Origin: Octopus vulgaris
Taxonomy: Eukaryota
Length of the DNA stretch: 64,000 bases
Direction of reading: 5' to 3'
Assembly: GCA_951406725.2 (NCBI GenBank)
Contig: OX597825.1
Span: forward strand, 68,944,001-69,008,000
The notes beneath the pieces are model-generated. The model searched no databases and was not told the DNA's origin. It saw only the letters and a program-made list of their open reading frames with translations. Below, piece after piece: positions 52,564 to 64,000 of the stretch. The translations under genes and the position numbers were made by a program. Within the stretch, counting starts at the first letter, position 1. Every line of letters begins with the position of its first letter.

Positions 52564-52566
<3 letters not shown>
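51342..52566 (-). mobile_element. Dong/R4 LINE 3' ~1.2 kb (frameshifted ORF + 3' UTR)
   Basis: GLKSETGGFIIAAQNQ, CRVC..ETIDHVVSKC, RHDRAA, LLWNFIIQTDRKIDANRPDIILKD..LLIDMTVP..KLSKYKDL..IPVVIGALG; (TTA)n on both sides. Confidence 0.95.
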
Positions 52567-52617
<51 letters not shown>

Positions 52618-52619
52618 TT

Positions 52620-52775
52620 ATGTTTGACTTTTGCTTTGCATTTGTACAAGTTGGCTCCAAGTCTCACCCAGAGACCTCGAGAGACAACAAGTTAGAAGTT
52701 CCTGTTGATGTTATGCCGAGGGTTCCATATATTTTGTAAATAGTGTTGTTCTAGAGAATGTTCAAGAAAGCATAA
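52620..52775 (-). mobile_element. 3' UTR-only copy of the same Dong family
   Basis: Close match to 51342-51490. Confidence 0.85.
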
Positions 52776-52783
52776 GAAAATGA

Positions 52784-52824
<41 letters not shown>

Positions 52825-52826
<2 letters not shown>

Positions 52827-53051
52827 GATGAAGAGATATTTTATTGATTGAACGATATTTCGACAGTAATCTGTCTTTGTCAAGTTCGAAATAAGAAGTG
52901 ATAAAAATTCAAAATTATAAAAATTTAAATGCCTATAATTTTGAATTTTTTTATCATTTTTTATTTTGAACTTGACAAAGACAGACTTACTGTCGAAATA
53001 TCGTTCAACCAATAAAATATCTATTATAATCGAATCGCGCTCTTCATCTTG
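52825..53051. mobile_element. Fold-back element with a minimal hammerhead-like motif, in (TTA)n
   Basis: Arms about 52834-52920 / 52934-53022; TTGAAC-TTGACAA-AGACAG(ACTTA)CTGTC-GAAA-TA-TC-GTTCAA at 52966-53008, then AATAAA. Confidence 0.78.
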
Positions 53052-53136
53052 ACTGTTTACCTTTGTGAAGAGTTACGTCAATGATTTTAAAATTATTATT
53101 ATTATTATTATTATTATTTTTATTTTTATTATTATT

Positions 53137-54060
53137 GTCTTTGCACAGCTTCTAACGCTGGAGATGTAATACGGTACCAGCTGCTCACGATCAGTGAACT
53201 AAGGTAACACCTCTTATATTTCGAGCACCATCCGGAGTATTCGAGCGGTTCCTATCTGTGCTGTTTTCTTATTGCAGTCTCTATTTGTTCCATGTAATTC
53301 TCAAGATTTTTACTCATTGTTTCCAGGGCTCCGACAATTATTGGTACTACTACCACCTTGTTCAGCGATCCGAGCTAACCTGTCATATCTATTGACTTTT
53401 CTTTCTTCCTTATCGCATACCTTGTTGTCAGTTGGGCATGCTATATATATGATCCAGTACCGTTTGCTTTCTTTCTTAAATAACACTATGTCTGGATCGT
53501 ATGCCCTGTCTCACGGTCGTACTGAATCATAAAATCCCATAAGGTCATTACATTATCATTTTCGATGATGCCTTCGGATTTATGCTCGTACCACTTTTTT
53601 GCTCTGTCAAGTCCATACTTGTTGTAAAGTGTCCAATTGACAATCTTTGCTATATTGTCATGACGTCTCTTATATTCTTTCTAGGCTAGTGGCGTACATT
53701 GGCTGGTAATATGCCATACTGTTTCACCATTTTGTCCACAAATTCTGCACTTATCACTTTCTGATGTGTTGTCTATTCTGTATTTGATGTAATTGCTTCT
53801 TAATGCTTGCTCTTCAGTAGCACACATTAGAGCTTCCATTTCCGGTTTTAAATCACTTTTAGTCATCCACAGCCATCTTTTTTCTCTGTATGTCTTATCT
53901 TCAACATCCCTATGAAATTGTCCATACATTCCCTTCTTTATCCCCCTATTTTCAGTCTCATTCAGTGTTAAGTGCTTTTACAGTGCTTTATCTTTGCAAT
54001 CTTCCATCCTACACAAGCTTGAAATTCTTACTTCCAATAATGGTAGTTTTGTGGCATTTT
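53137..54060 (-). mobile_element. Dong/R4 LINE 3' fragment, second family
   Basis: MYGQFHRDV..WLWMTKSDLKPEMEALMCATEEQALRSNY..CRICGQNGETVWHITSQC; RHDNIA; different 3' UTR. Confidence 0.9.
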
Positions 54061-54067
54061 TACAGAT

Positions 54068-55200
54068 AATGCTATGTTGTTTTAGTTTTGAGGTTCCACA
54101 TTTTGCCGATTTCTATTTCAAGATCTTTATACTTGCTCAATTTTTTGGTATATCTCGATAGATAAGTTTATGTCGATTGATACAGTCATACCAATGAGGA
54201 GGCATGGTTTTTGTCTGAAATCTTTCAATATAATGTTTGGCCTATTCGCATCCATCTTTCTGTCAGCTTGAACGGTGAAGTTCCAGAGAAGTGAGATGTG
54301 ATCAATTTCAAACACTGGAAGTGGTTTGTGTTCCCACCAATTTTTATCATGTGGCAGGTCCAGGTTTTTGCAAATTTTCCAGTGAATATATCGTGCTGCA
54401 CTATAATTTCTATTGAGGTACTCTGTAGGCGCAAGAAGACTGCATATGGAGACAACATGATCCATGGTTTCATTGTGTTGTTTACATAAGCGACATTTTG
54501 CGCTCTTGCTGTTCTTTAATATGTTGGCCAAAGTGGTTACTTGTTGGTAGGCATTGATCTTGGGTTGCTATAATAAACGCTTCTGTTTCTGTTTTAAGCT
54601 AGAAGGCACTAGCCACTGATGGGTAAGGGCTTTGTCAACATCGGCGTTATTATCTCTTTTGGGGTGTTTGCCATTGAGAAGTTTTTCTTGTCATTTATCA
54701 GTCAGAATATCTAAGGCAGCAGTTTTAACACGGGTTTTCATACGCTTAGATTTTTCTGTGTCTGTTTCCAGTGCCTCTAATTCTGGGATTTGTTGTATTT
54801 GGAATTCACTTAGATATTCCTTTGCCTGTTTTGTTACTGAGTATGATGGTTTCTTGTTTTCGTGCTTTAAGGCAAATTTTAACATCCAGTCATCAGAGTT
54901 TTTCAGGTAGATGTTTAGACCAAATGTGGCAATCTTCATTGTTAATTTCAGTAGTAAAGGTCCACGACCAACCTCTTTTCTTAGCGAGTAAAGTCGTATC
55001 TTAGGATGGACAATTCTATGCATTGTGAACAATTTTCGTATTTCTCTGTCAAGATTACATATTTCAGTAATTGACCTGTTAATGATATTGAAACTGTAAG
55101 TCATGACCGGTATGGTTAAAGTATTAATCGCTTCGATCCTGTTTCTTGCATTCAGCTCTGTCTTGAGTATTGCGATACCCTGCGATAACATTCTCTTCTG
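54068..55200 (-). mobile_element. Dong/R4 LINE fragment (same family as 51342-52566)
   Basis: ILKTELNARNRIEAINTLTIPVMTYSF..LDREIRKL..RLY..RKEVGRG; CRLC..ETMDHVVSIC; ANRPNIILKD. Confidence 0.93.
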
Positions 55201-55257
55201 AGAACTACTACTACTACTACTACTAAAATTATTGTTATTGTTATTATTACTGCTATT

Positions 55258-55480
55258 ACGACAGCGAGTTTGTAGAATCGCTAGCTTGCCGGGCGAAATG
55301 CTTAGCGATATTTCGTCTGTCTTTCCGTTCTGAGTTCAATTCCAATTTCTGCCGAGGTCGACTTTGCCGTCATATTTTTTTGATAGTGGTCGTGGGAATA
55401 ATATAAGTACCAATTGATCACTGGGATCGCTGTAATAATCTAACCCCTATCCCGAAATTTCAGTAGAAGTAGAAAAGATT
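55258..55480 (+). mobile_element. SINE group C (diverged)
   Basis: GCCGGGCGAAATGCTTAGCG...GCCGAGGTCGACTTTGCC. Confidence 0.75.
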
Positions 55481-56023
55481 CTTCTTCTTCTTCTTCTTTT
55501 TCTTCTTCTCCTCCTCCGCCTCCTTATTCTTGCTCCTCCTCCTCCTCCTCCTCATCTTCACTATTATTAATTATTATTATTATTATTATTATTGTTATTA
55601 TTATTGTTATTATTATCTCTCGTCGTGTGAAGGCGTCACTTTGCTTTTCTCTTCGAGACATGATAAATTTAAGTATTATTAAATGAAAACTTCTAGGAAG
55701 CACTTGTAAATTGCCCCGGGTAAGAGAACAACAACAACAACAACAACAAAAGAAGTTTCTTCCGCAAACTTTTAAAATGTTATGTACACGAATTGCATTT
55801 TCATATCCACAATAACCGCCACTTAAATATGCTAGACGCCTAAAGACTACTACGACAAAATAACAACAATAAAAAACTAAAACAAGAAACCAAGAAAAAA
55901 CAAAAACAAAATCAAAGCGTACAACTGGATGTACAAAAGGAAGAAGAAACGGAATAATTTTAGTGGCCGGTTAATAGAAGAAAATGCCCCAAATTTTCTA
56001 AGAAATACTCTTGAAGAGAGGGA

Positions 56024-56024
56024 C

Positions 56025-56056
<32 letters not shown>

Positions 56057-56091
56057 GGATGATGATGATGATGATGATGATGATAATGATG

Positions 56092-56148
<57 letters not shown>

Positions 56149-56257
56149 TTGATGATAATAATGATAATAATAATAATAATAATAATAATATAATAATAAT
56201 AATGATGATGATGTTAATAATAATAATAATATGAGGATGATAATAATAATGATGAGG

Positions 56258-56294
<37 letters not shown>

Positions 56295-56362
56295 TAATAA
56301 TAATGATAATAATAATAATGATAATAATGATAATAATAATAATGATAATAATAATAATAATG

Positions 56363-56430
<68 letters not shown>

Positions 56431-56467
56431 AATAATCAAAATAACAACAACAACAATAATAATAATA
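56024..56467. repeat. Compound (AAT)n/(GAT)n microsatellite
   Basis: Directly visible. Confidence 0.95.
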
Positions 56468-58437
56468 GATGTAGCAATTCTTAAGTATTTCAGTTTCTAT
56501 GCTTTGTTCACGCAGCATTTGTGTTAAAACATATCTTGCCTTAATACAAACATACAAACGTAACAAGCAGAACTTGTTCATATATCGCAGCTAAGAAAAA
56601 GAAATTTGGATGCGAGTATTTTGTAAAATCGAACAGCATTTCGTTGCCGCAGGAACTAATCCAAGAGACAGCTTAGAGAAAAATGACATATCTCTGTTTC
56701 TAAAAGACACTTGTCGTCACTCAGTACAATGTACTCTTCATGATATATCAGGACAAATTCTGTCTAGTGAAAAAGATGTGGTGGCATCTTCTATTTCACT
56801 AAAACTGAAAAGGCGTTTTGGCGTTAAATTTTGGCGTTAAAAAGGCGTTAAATTTTGTGACATACTTCTGATTATAAACTTGTGCCACAGTGCCTTAAAG
56901 GAGCATAACATTGATAATCAGAAGAATTGTGGGAGAATTGTGAAAGCGGGGTTCAGGAAAAATAACATGTAGTCAGGTGGCAGCAAAATCACTTTAATTT
57001 TTAATAACTTCCGAAATCCACCGAGGTGTGCCGGAACTGTGCCTCGTAGAAAGCCTAGATAAAAAGTAAAAAAGGGTTTGAGATTAATGAACCTGATCGG
57101 AAAACCAAGCTGCTATGTTTGTCGGTGTGGAACTCCCTGCAGAGTGTGATGCCCGGAAGAATTGGAAATACTTACTAAGCGAAATGCAAACAAAAAATAA
57201 GACCCGAATCCCACAAACAGCAAACAAAGGGCAAAATAAAGATAATCTGAAACAACGGGCGGCAAGAAAGCAGAAAATGTTTACAGTTCATCACCTACCG
57301 AAATTCTGGGATGGCCAGTAAAATGTCAGAAATAGATGAGCAAACATTTCGCTTCCTAACAGCCCGAATTTTCAGTACCACACATTCGTCGTGCGAAGAT
57401 AAAGAAATAGTAATTATATGCGAAAAGTCTCAAACTCAGTGAAAATACGAAAGGAAAATAACGAAACCACAGACAAAGAACAATCAACACAAAACAATGA
57501 AAACAGGGCAAAATTACCCGTCTGTGGTCCCTCTAATCTTTCGAGGAAGACACAATGATTCCCATAAAGTTAGAGGCAGAATATAAACAACATACAAAGC
57601 AGATTATTTATAAAATTAAATATAAGACATTACAATGAAGAACTTAAGAAATTACGCACAAGATATTTAACTGTGTTAATATGAAGTGTCTCAAAAAATA
57701 CTTGGTGGTGCACTCGGTTGCACTCGAATACAAATTGTGAATTTGCTAAGTGAACCACGCCGTGGAGTACTCTAAACCGTTCTTGCCACTAATCTTTTAA
57801 CAGTTGTTTCCTTTAATTATTTCTTCTTTTGATTATTGTGTGTCTGTGGTACTTTTTTCTGGCCAAATATGTGTGCGTGTGCGTGAATGCATGTGTATGT
57901 GTAAATTTATAAAATTCTTCTTGAAAGTGTTTCAATGCATTACATAACACATGTCCACCTTTTGGTATCTGTTCTCTCTTTGTAACAAGGCAGTATCTCG
58001 CATTTTTTGCGTATCCTCTTGCAGTTGAACCCGAAAGGTACTGCTGCTAGAAGGTATACTACTACTACTACTACTACTACTAGTGCTGCTGCAGCTTCTA
58101 CTGCTGGCGCTTCTGCTGCTGCCGCTTCTGCTGCCGTCGCTGCCATCGTCGCCGCCGCCACCACCACCACTACTACTACTACATTATTCTCAAGATAATT
58201 TTTGCAATATATATGCATACATGCATACAAAGGCATACACGTATGCATACACACACACAGACACAAAGACACACTGCCGCGCGCGCACACACGCATATAC
58301 CGAATCCCATAAAATGCTTTAACATCCATTGATTAAATTGTAACAAGATTTGTCATAAATATGATACTTCAAACCAGAATCGAAGATGTGTGACATATTA
58401 TATATTTGTCTTTTGTGATTAGTTTTCTTCAACGATG

Positions 58438-58491
<54 letters not shown>

Positions 58492-59339
58492 TGTAGCGGA
58501 AAGCAATGATTTATGTGCGCGATGAAAAAAAAAAAAATAATACTACCATCCACATTTTTATTTGGTATTTTATTGTATTGTTCAATAAAAGACGAAATGT
58601 AAAGAAATAAAAAAAAAGAAATGAAAGACCACCCATCGCACAAAATCACATCGTATATTTTATACTTTTTTATATCCAAAGAGAATTGTTGAATAGCCTG
58701 TGAGAGAAAAATAATAAAAGAATATTTCGCGAATTGTTTGAAATGAAAATAAACTAGTCACCTCTGAACTAGCTTTGTCATACATTATGCATGTGGATGT
58801 TTTACGACTGTGTTTTTAGAAGCCAGGAATTTTATATATAGTTTGAAGATTTAATGCTCGGATATATTGTTCTTTTAAAGGAGAGTTACGTGAAGTAAAT
58901 ACCGTATACTAATAGTTTCGTCTCTCAGTGTACTAAGATCAAACCGTACCTAGGTCGAGTTCATCTTTTAATCTTTTTCGTATTGAGATTGTAATTGCTG
59001 GTTTTGTATAGGTCGATGTCAGCTCAGCTACCAAATGATGGCTTTCTGCCAGTATAACCAATTAATGTTTGTTTGACATCTATTGGTCAATGGACTGACA
59101 TTAACGGGTCAGGGTATGTGATTAATATACCTTACAATATTTAGTTGCTTTCGGCCATGTTCTGATTATAAGCGTTTACGATCAACGTCAAATCGATAGA
59201 TTTTTTTTCTCCATATATGAATAATATTATATTTCATAAATTCAGTACACTGTAGCTGTTTCCTGCAGTAATATGATGACCGCGTTCCTAGTCTGCTATT
59301 ACTCCGACGAACAGTTGCTTCGTCTGTTGTCCACAGTAC

Positions 59340-59577
59340 CTGTTTCTTTACTACCCACAAGGGGCTAAACACAGAGAGGACAAACAAGGACAGGACAGAC
59401 AAACGGATTAAGTCGATTATATCAACCCCAGTGCATAACTGGTACCTCATTTATCAACCCCGAAAGGATGAAAGGCAAAGTGGATCTCGGCGGAATTTGA
59501 ACTCAAAACGTAACGGCAGACGAAATACTGCTAAGCATTTCGCCCGCCGTGCGAACGTTTCTGCCAGCTCGCCGCTT
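59340..59577 (-). mobile_element. SINE group C (full length)
   Basis: Reverse complement of 19107-19340. Confidence 0.9.
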
Positions 59578-60487
59578 TTGTCTACAATACCTACCCTCTC
59601 TCTTAATCCGCTTAAGCACATGATCATGGTTAGTGACCATGGTCACTTTTAGGGGTTCTAATGGTAGGAGAGAAGAGGGAAACTGACCTTAAACCAAGGA
59701 CTTGAACTACGTGCTTACAACAGAGTAGCTCTGCTAATGGTATTCAAGGTTTCAGGTTCTAGATTTAAAACAGGTGACGGTTTAAGCCTGGGATTTGAAC
59801 TCCAAACTGAAAGAGATGATTTACAGCATCTCGCCCAATGCTCTAACGATTTTGCCTATCCACATTAGATAACCTATGTATTTATCGACCACATCAAGAT
59901 GAATGATGAGGTTAATATCAGAGAGATATGAATTCAAAATGCAAAGAACCGGAAAAAGTCACCGCTATGTAATTTGGTCGACAATCTCCAGCTTATTCGA
60001 CTTCAGCCTCCACAAAGCGTCATCCCGTGTCTCATCAACAAAAACTGCCTCATGCAGGGTTTAATATCGTGGCTTTTCGATATAGCAATTCCCTACTGTA
60101 AATAACTTCATGTCAAGTAAAAAAAAAAAATATATAATAATAAATTCAGTGCATAGAGCTTAGAAAATATAAACACAGACCATAGTTTCTTTTATCTACT
60201 TGAATGCTGTTCTAGTGTCTTTAGCAAAATAATAATGAAAGTTCAATTTTACAGTTTTCTTTTTAACTGGACGCTTCATGTTATTTCCTGAGCGTATCTA
60301 GTTTTCTTTCCGCCGTCATCCCAATTAGACACCCCTCAACAAAATGATTCCATTTGAAAGCACAACGTGTCACTATTAATTACATCATATTATTAGTACT
60401 ATAAGCACACATCTACTAAAGTACTTTTCAATAGAATGATAAAGCAAAAGAACTCTGAAAGACTTTTGTAGGCTACACATGAATCAT

Positions 60488-60796
60488 GTGGAGGCGCAAT
60501 GGCTCAGTGGTTAGGGCAGCGGACTCGCAGTAGGAGGATCCCGGTTTCGATTCCCAGACCGAGCGATGTGTGTGTTTGTTGAGCGAAAATACCTAAAGCT
60601 CCACCAGGCTCCGGCGGGTGGTGGTGGCGATCCCTGTTGTACTTTTTCGCCCAAACTTTCTCTCACTCTTTCTTCCTGTTTCTTGAGTAACGCTGCGATG
60701 GACTGGCGTCCCGTCCAGCTGGGGGGGGGGGGACACACATATGCCATAGAAACCGGGAAACCGAGCTCATGAACTTGGCTAGGCTTGAAAAGGGCG
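60488..60796 (+). mobile_element. SINE group B (head 1 + tail Y)
   Basis: TGGAGGCGCAATGGCTCAGTGGTTAGGGCAGCGG...GCGATGGACTGGCGTCCCGTCCAGC. Confidence 0.9.
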
Positions 60797-61262
60797 AAGA
60801 AAAAGAAAAAAAGCATACGAAGCATGTAAATAAATTGTAGAAAGACCCGTGTGGTATAAAACCTGTGGTTGAAACAGCTTATCAGCTTGGTTTTGCTTTC
60901 TACTGGATTTTCAACTATGAATATGTAGTAAATGACATCCATATCGTATAAGCGTATCAGAAATAATCATGTCATGAGGAAGAAAAGTACGCTAAACATT
61001 GACTAAGATCACTTTAAGATTTTTTTCGGCAAGTAATTAGGGCAGACAACTACCAGCGTATTTCGGTTATATTTGAACCTCACCAGCGAAACCTAAACTT
61101 CGCTTTATTTACCCAATGAAATCGGAATGAAAGAATCACTATGTAGGAAACCAGAACTGTTTAAACGACAGATAACTCGGTGGCGCTGTCCGTATAAAAA
61201 AAAACCCAAACAGGACAAAGCTAAAAATTTATTTAATTTTGCGTTAATATATTTAATAGTAG

Positions 61263-61500
61263 TGGAGGCGCGTGGCTTAGTAGTTAGGGTGTCAGCATCA
61301 TAATCGTAAGATTGTGGTTTCGATTCCTGGACCGGGCGACGCGTTGTGTTCTTGAGCAAAACACTTCATTTCACATTGCTCCAGTCCACTCAGCTGGCAA
61401 AAATGAGTAACGCTGCGATGGACTGGCATCTCATCTAGCTGGGGAACATTGAAACCGGGAAACCGGGCCCATGAGCTTGGCTAGGCTTTAAAAGGGCGCA
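61263..61500 (+). mobile_element. SINE group B (head 2 + tail Y), TSD-like ATATATTTAATA
   Basis: Head and core as in 5830-6146, tail as in 60488-60796. Confidence 0.88.
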
Positions 61501-63055
61501 GTTTAGTCAGATATATTTAATACTGAGAAGTTTTAAAAGCTAACTATAAATTACGTGGTGGGAAAAAAAATAAACAAACACCGCTTGTCATTGAATATTA
61601 TTTTCATGTTGCTGCAAATATGGGAAGCATGATTCAGTATAGATTGGCCCCAGATCGGTTTCATTACTCACAAGGACATTTAGCGTTGTCAAATCACATA
61701 TTTCGGTAGTTGAGTACAAGGAAGAAACTAAAGAAACCTAAGAAAACTTGTGTGAAGGACTCCTGTTCTGGATACTGAGCCGATACAGTTATTGCATACG
61801 AAGCCGTCATCTTGTCTGGTTGTTGTCCTCAAGTGAAATCCACTTTGAATTAAATTGCATTCACAAGATGTTGCTTCTTTTTTCTTCGTAATTACGAAAA
61901 TGTATTAGCTTTTAAACTGAAACATAAATAAAAAAACAACAAAACATAAAGAAAATCTATTTCATACAGAGAAGATAAAGCAAATTAAAAAAGAAAAAAG
62001 AGAATGATTCTCTTCTTCGCTTTGTAGTCGTGAAATAAATGAATATATCTCAAATTTGTTGAGAACACTTAATTCTATTGTGTCCATGGTTGTACATGAA
62101 TTGTTGAAGTACGCTAGATCTATAATGAAACGTTCTACGCTCATGGCGCCATTTTGTAGTTATTCATAAGTCTTTCGTTTCGGTATTCATTTGATGGCGT
62201 TTAAAAGTGAATATTAGCAACAGAGATGTATTGATAATATCATAAAACAAAGCCAGACATACCTCACCCAACAAAAAGGAAAATAAGAAAAAAAAATCCT
62301 GGAGAATAAATGCTAATAAGTTGATGCAGATTTTTCTCTTTTTTCATTTAGAAATTACTAGAAAACGACGTGATCAACATCAGTTTGAATTCTATACAGC
62401 CTTTGATTGCTATGTTAATAAGTACTAAGTAATTCCATTTTCTCCTTAAAAGACAGTAACAAACAGCTTTCATCCAGACCGATCGCCAGCTTCAAATAAA
62501 AAATCATAGCTACATGCATTTATGAATTTCATCACGTTTTTGAGTGATTATAATGATGACAGTTTATTAAACGTTTCATTTTTATCTCTCCCCGCTTTGT
62601 TGTTCACTCTTCGAAACCTCTTTTTGATGTCCGCAAATGAAATGCAATGTCTTGTATTTACTAACTTTGTTTTGCAGATAAAAGGGTGCAACGTGAGATA
62701 TGCACAAAAAACTACTTGACTACACGAACGCTGAATATTGATGGTCGGAAGAAAGGAAAGTGCATCAAACCGATTGTAATAATTTTACTATGTAGTCTAT
62801 CTGCAGAACATAATTAATACTGTAGCTTATTTGGCACGTACAGGATCAATATATCGATCAATTACGTTATGAGAGGGAATCATTCCAAGAGAAAGGTAAA
62901 TATTCTAACGGTATACGCATTAGTATATGTATGTGTATCTCTGTGTACATGCGTATGTACATAGATATGCGTTTATATACAGAAATATATGCATATACGT
63001 ATGTATATATGAATATATATACATATACACACATATACACACACGCTCACACATT

Positions 63056-63105
<50 letters not shown>

Positions 63106-63288
63106 ACGGAGATGTACTCGCATAGCAAGTAATTTGATCTGAGATGCAGCACGGATTTTTGTCAGTGAACAGGTCGCGGATTTTAGCGACGAAAATAGTT
63201 TGACAAATTAAACTTAAATGTTGAAGTGAATCGAACGGTTTTTGTGTGTCTCTTAAATGGCTTACAAACACCTTCCACGCTGCAATTA

Positions 63289-63321
<33 letters not shown>

Positions 63322-64000
63322 GCATATATATATGCATGTGTGTTTTACGCAGTACTCTTCATTTTCGTCGGAGAGTTGCTAGAGGCTGTTGGTATGATAG
63401 ACCAACGTCTTCAGCTCACCCCTCCCAGTAAACACTTCGCGAAATTACTGCTGAGAACCGACATACAACTTCTTGGAATCGGGTATTACGTGTCCACCCA
63501 CTGCGCTCCGAACAGCAATAAAGGCGAAGCATACAACTACACATTTATTGGAGGTGGCGCAGTGAGAAAAAATCAACTTTTTCGAGGACATGACTTTCTC
63601 CCAGTGGAAATAAGACATTCGAAATGTCGCATCATTAAGAAAATGATTGATGCGAGAAATTGTCTGAAATGGATAAAGACTTTTAACAATAAGTGTCAAC
63701 TGGATCGTACAAGCTCATTAATCAACATTACACAATGCAAGAAATGTAATAAATTTAGATAAGAAAATTTGAAAAGATGAAGCAATAGCACGTATAATGA
63801 ATATAGATAACAACGGAAAACAAATGACCAGAATATACAGTATTGCGGTTACTGATTGTCAACAGAGTAAATGAAATGCATTGTAAGAATATAAGAATGG
63901 TAAATTGCAAACGAATCGAAAGTTTGAATTATGTAAGACTACTTACTGATTCCAGGCGATTAACAAGGAAAAATAATTGCAAATTAATGTGAAGTGGCTA

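Noticed and set aside
55877-56581. Long low-complexity ORFs (poly-Y/H/L/I/N; also 28480-29051, 48344-48754, 36379-36727)
   Set aside because: Products of di-, tri- and tetranucleotide microsatellites.
58067-58185. Poly-Thr/Ala run resembling a transcription-factor tract
   Set aside because: Compound triplet repeat with no recognisable domain or supported splice context.

Overview
This is AT-rich, microsatellite-saturated eukaryotic DNA. Its repeat make-up (three abundant tRNA-derived SINE groups, Dong/R4-type LINEs in (TAA)n tracts, mariner relics, very dense (TA)n/(CA)n/(TCTA)n) looks like an octopus genome; that is an inference. I could not identify any intact host protein-coding gene, and nearly all ORFs in the track are microsatellite or SINE read-through. 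Recognisable content: decayed mariner/Tc1 transposases and MITEs, one complete non-autonomous Helitron, an RTE-like tail, many R4/Dong (RLE) LINE fragments, more than 30 SINE copies and an intron-containing tRNA-Lys(TTT)-like gene or pseudogene. The main unexplained signal is a set of short non-coding fold-back elements, mostly in (TA)n/(TTA)n tracts. Many carry minimal hammerhead-ribozyme cores (CTGANGA...GAAA-palindrome-UH), a Penelope-like/retrozyme architecture. One of them (18383-18808) joins a tRNA-type Pol III head, a hammerhead tail, an inverted duplicate of that tail and a 13-bp TSD. A separate non-coding element with a fixed 5' end appears to share the (TAA)n target of the Dong LINEs. 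All coordinates were read by eye and may be off by a few bases.
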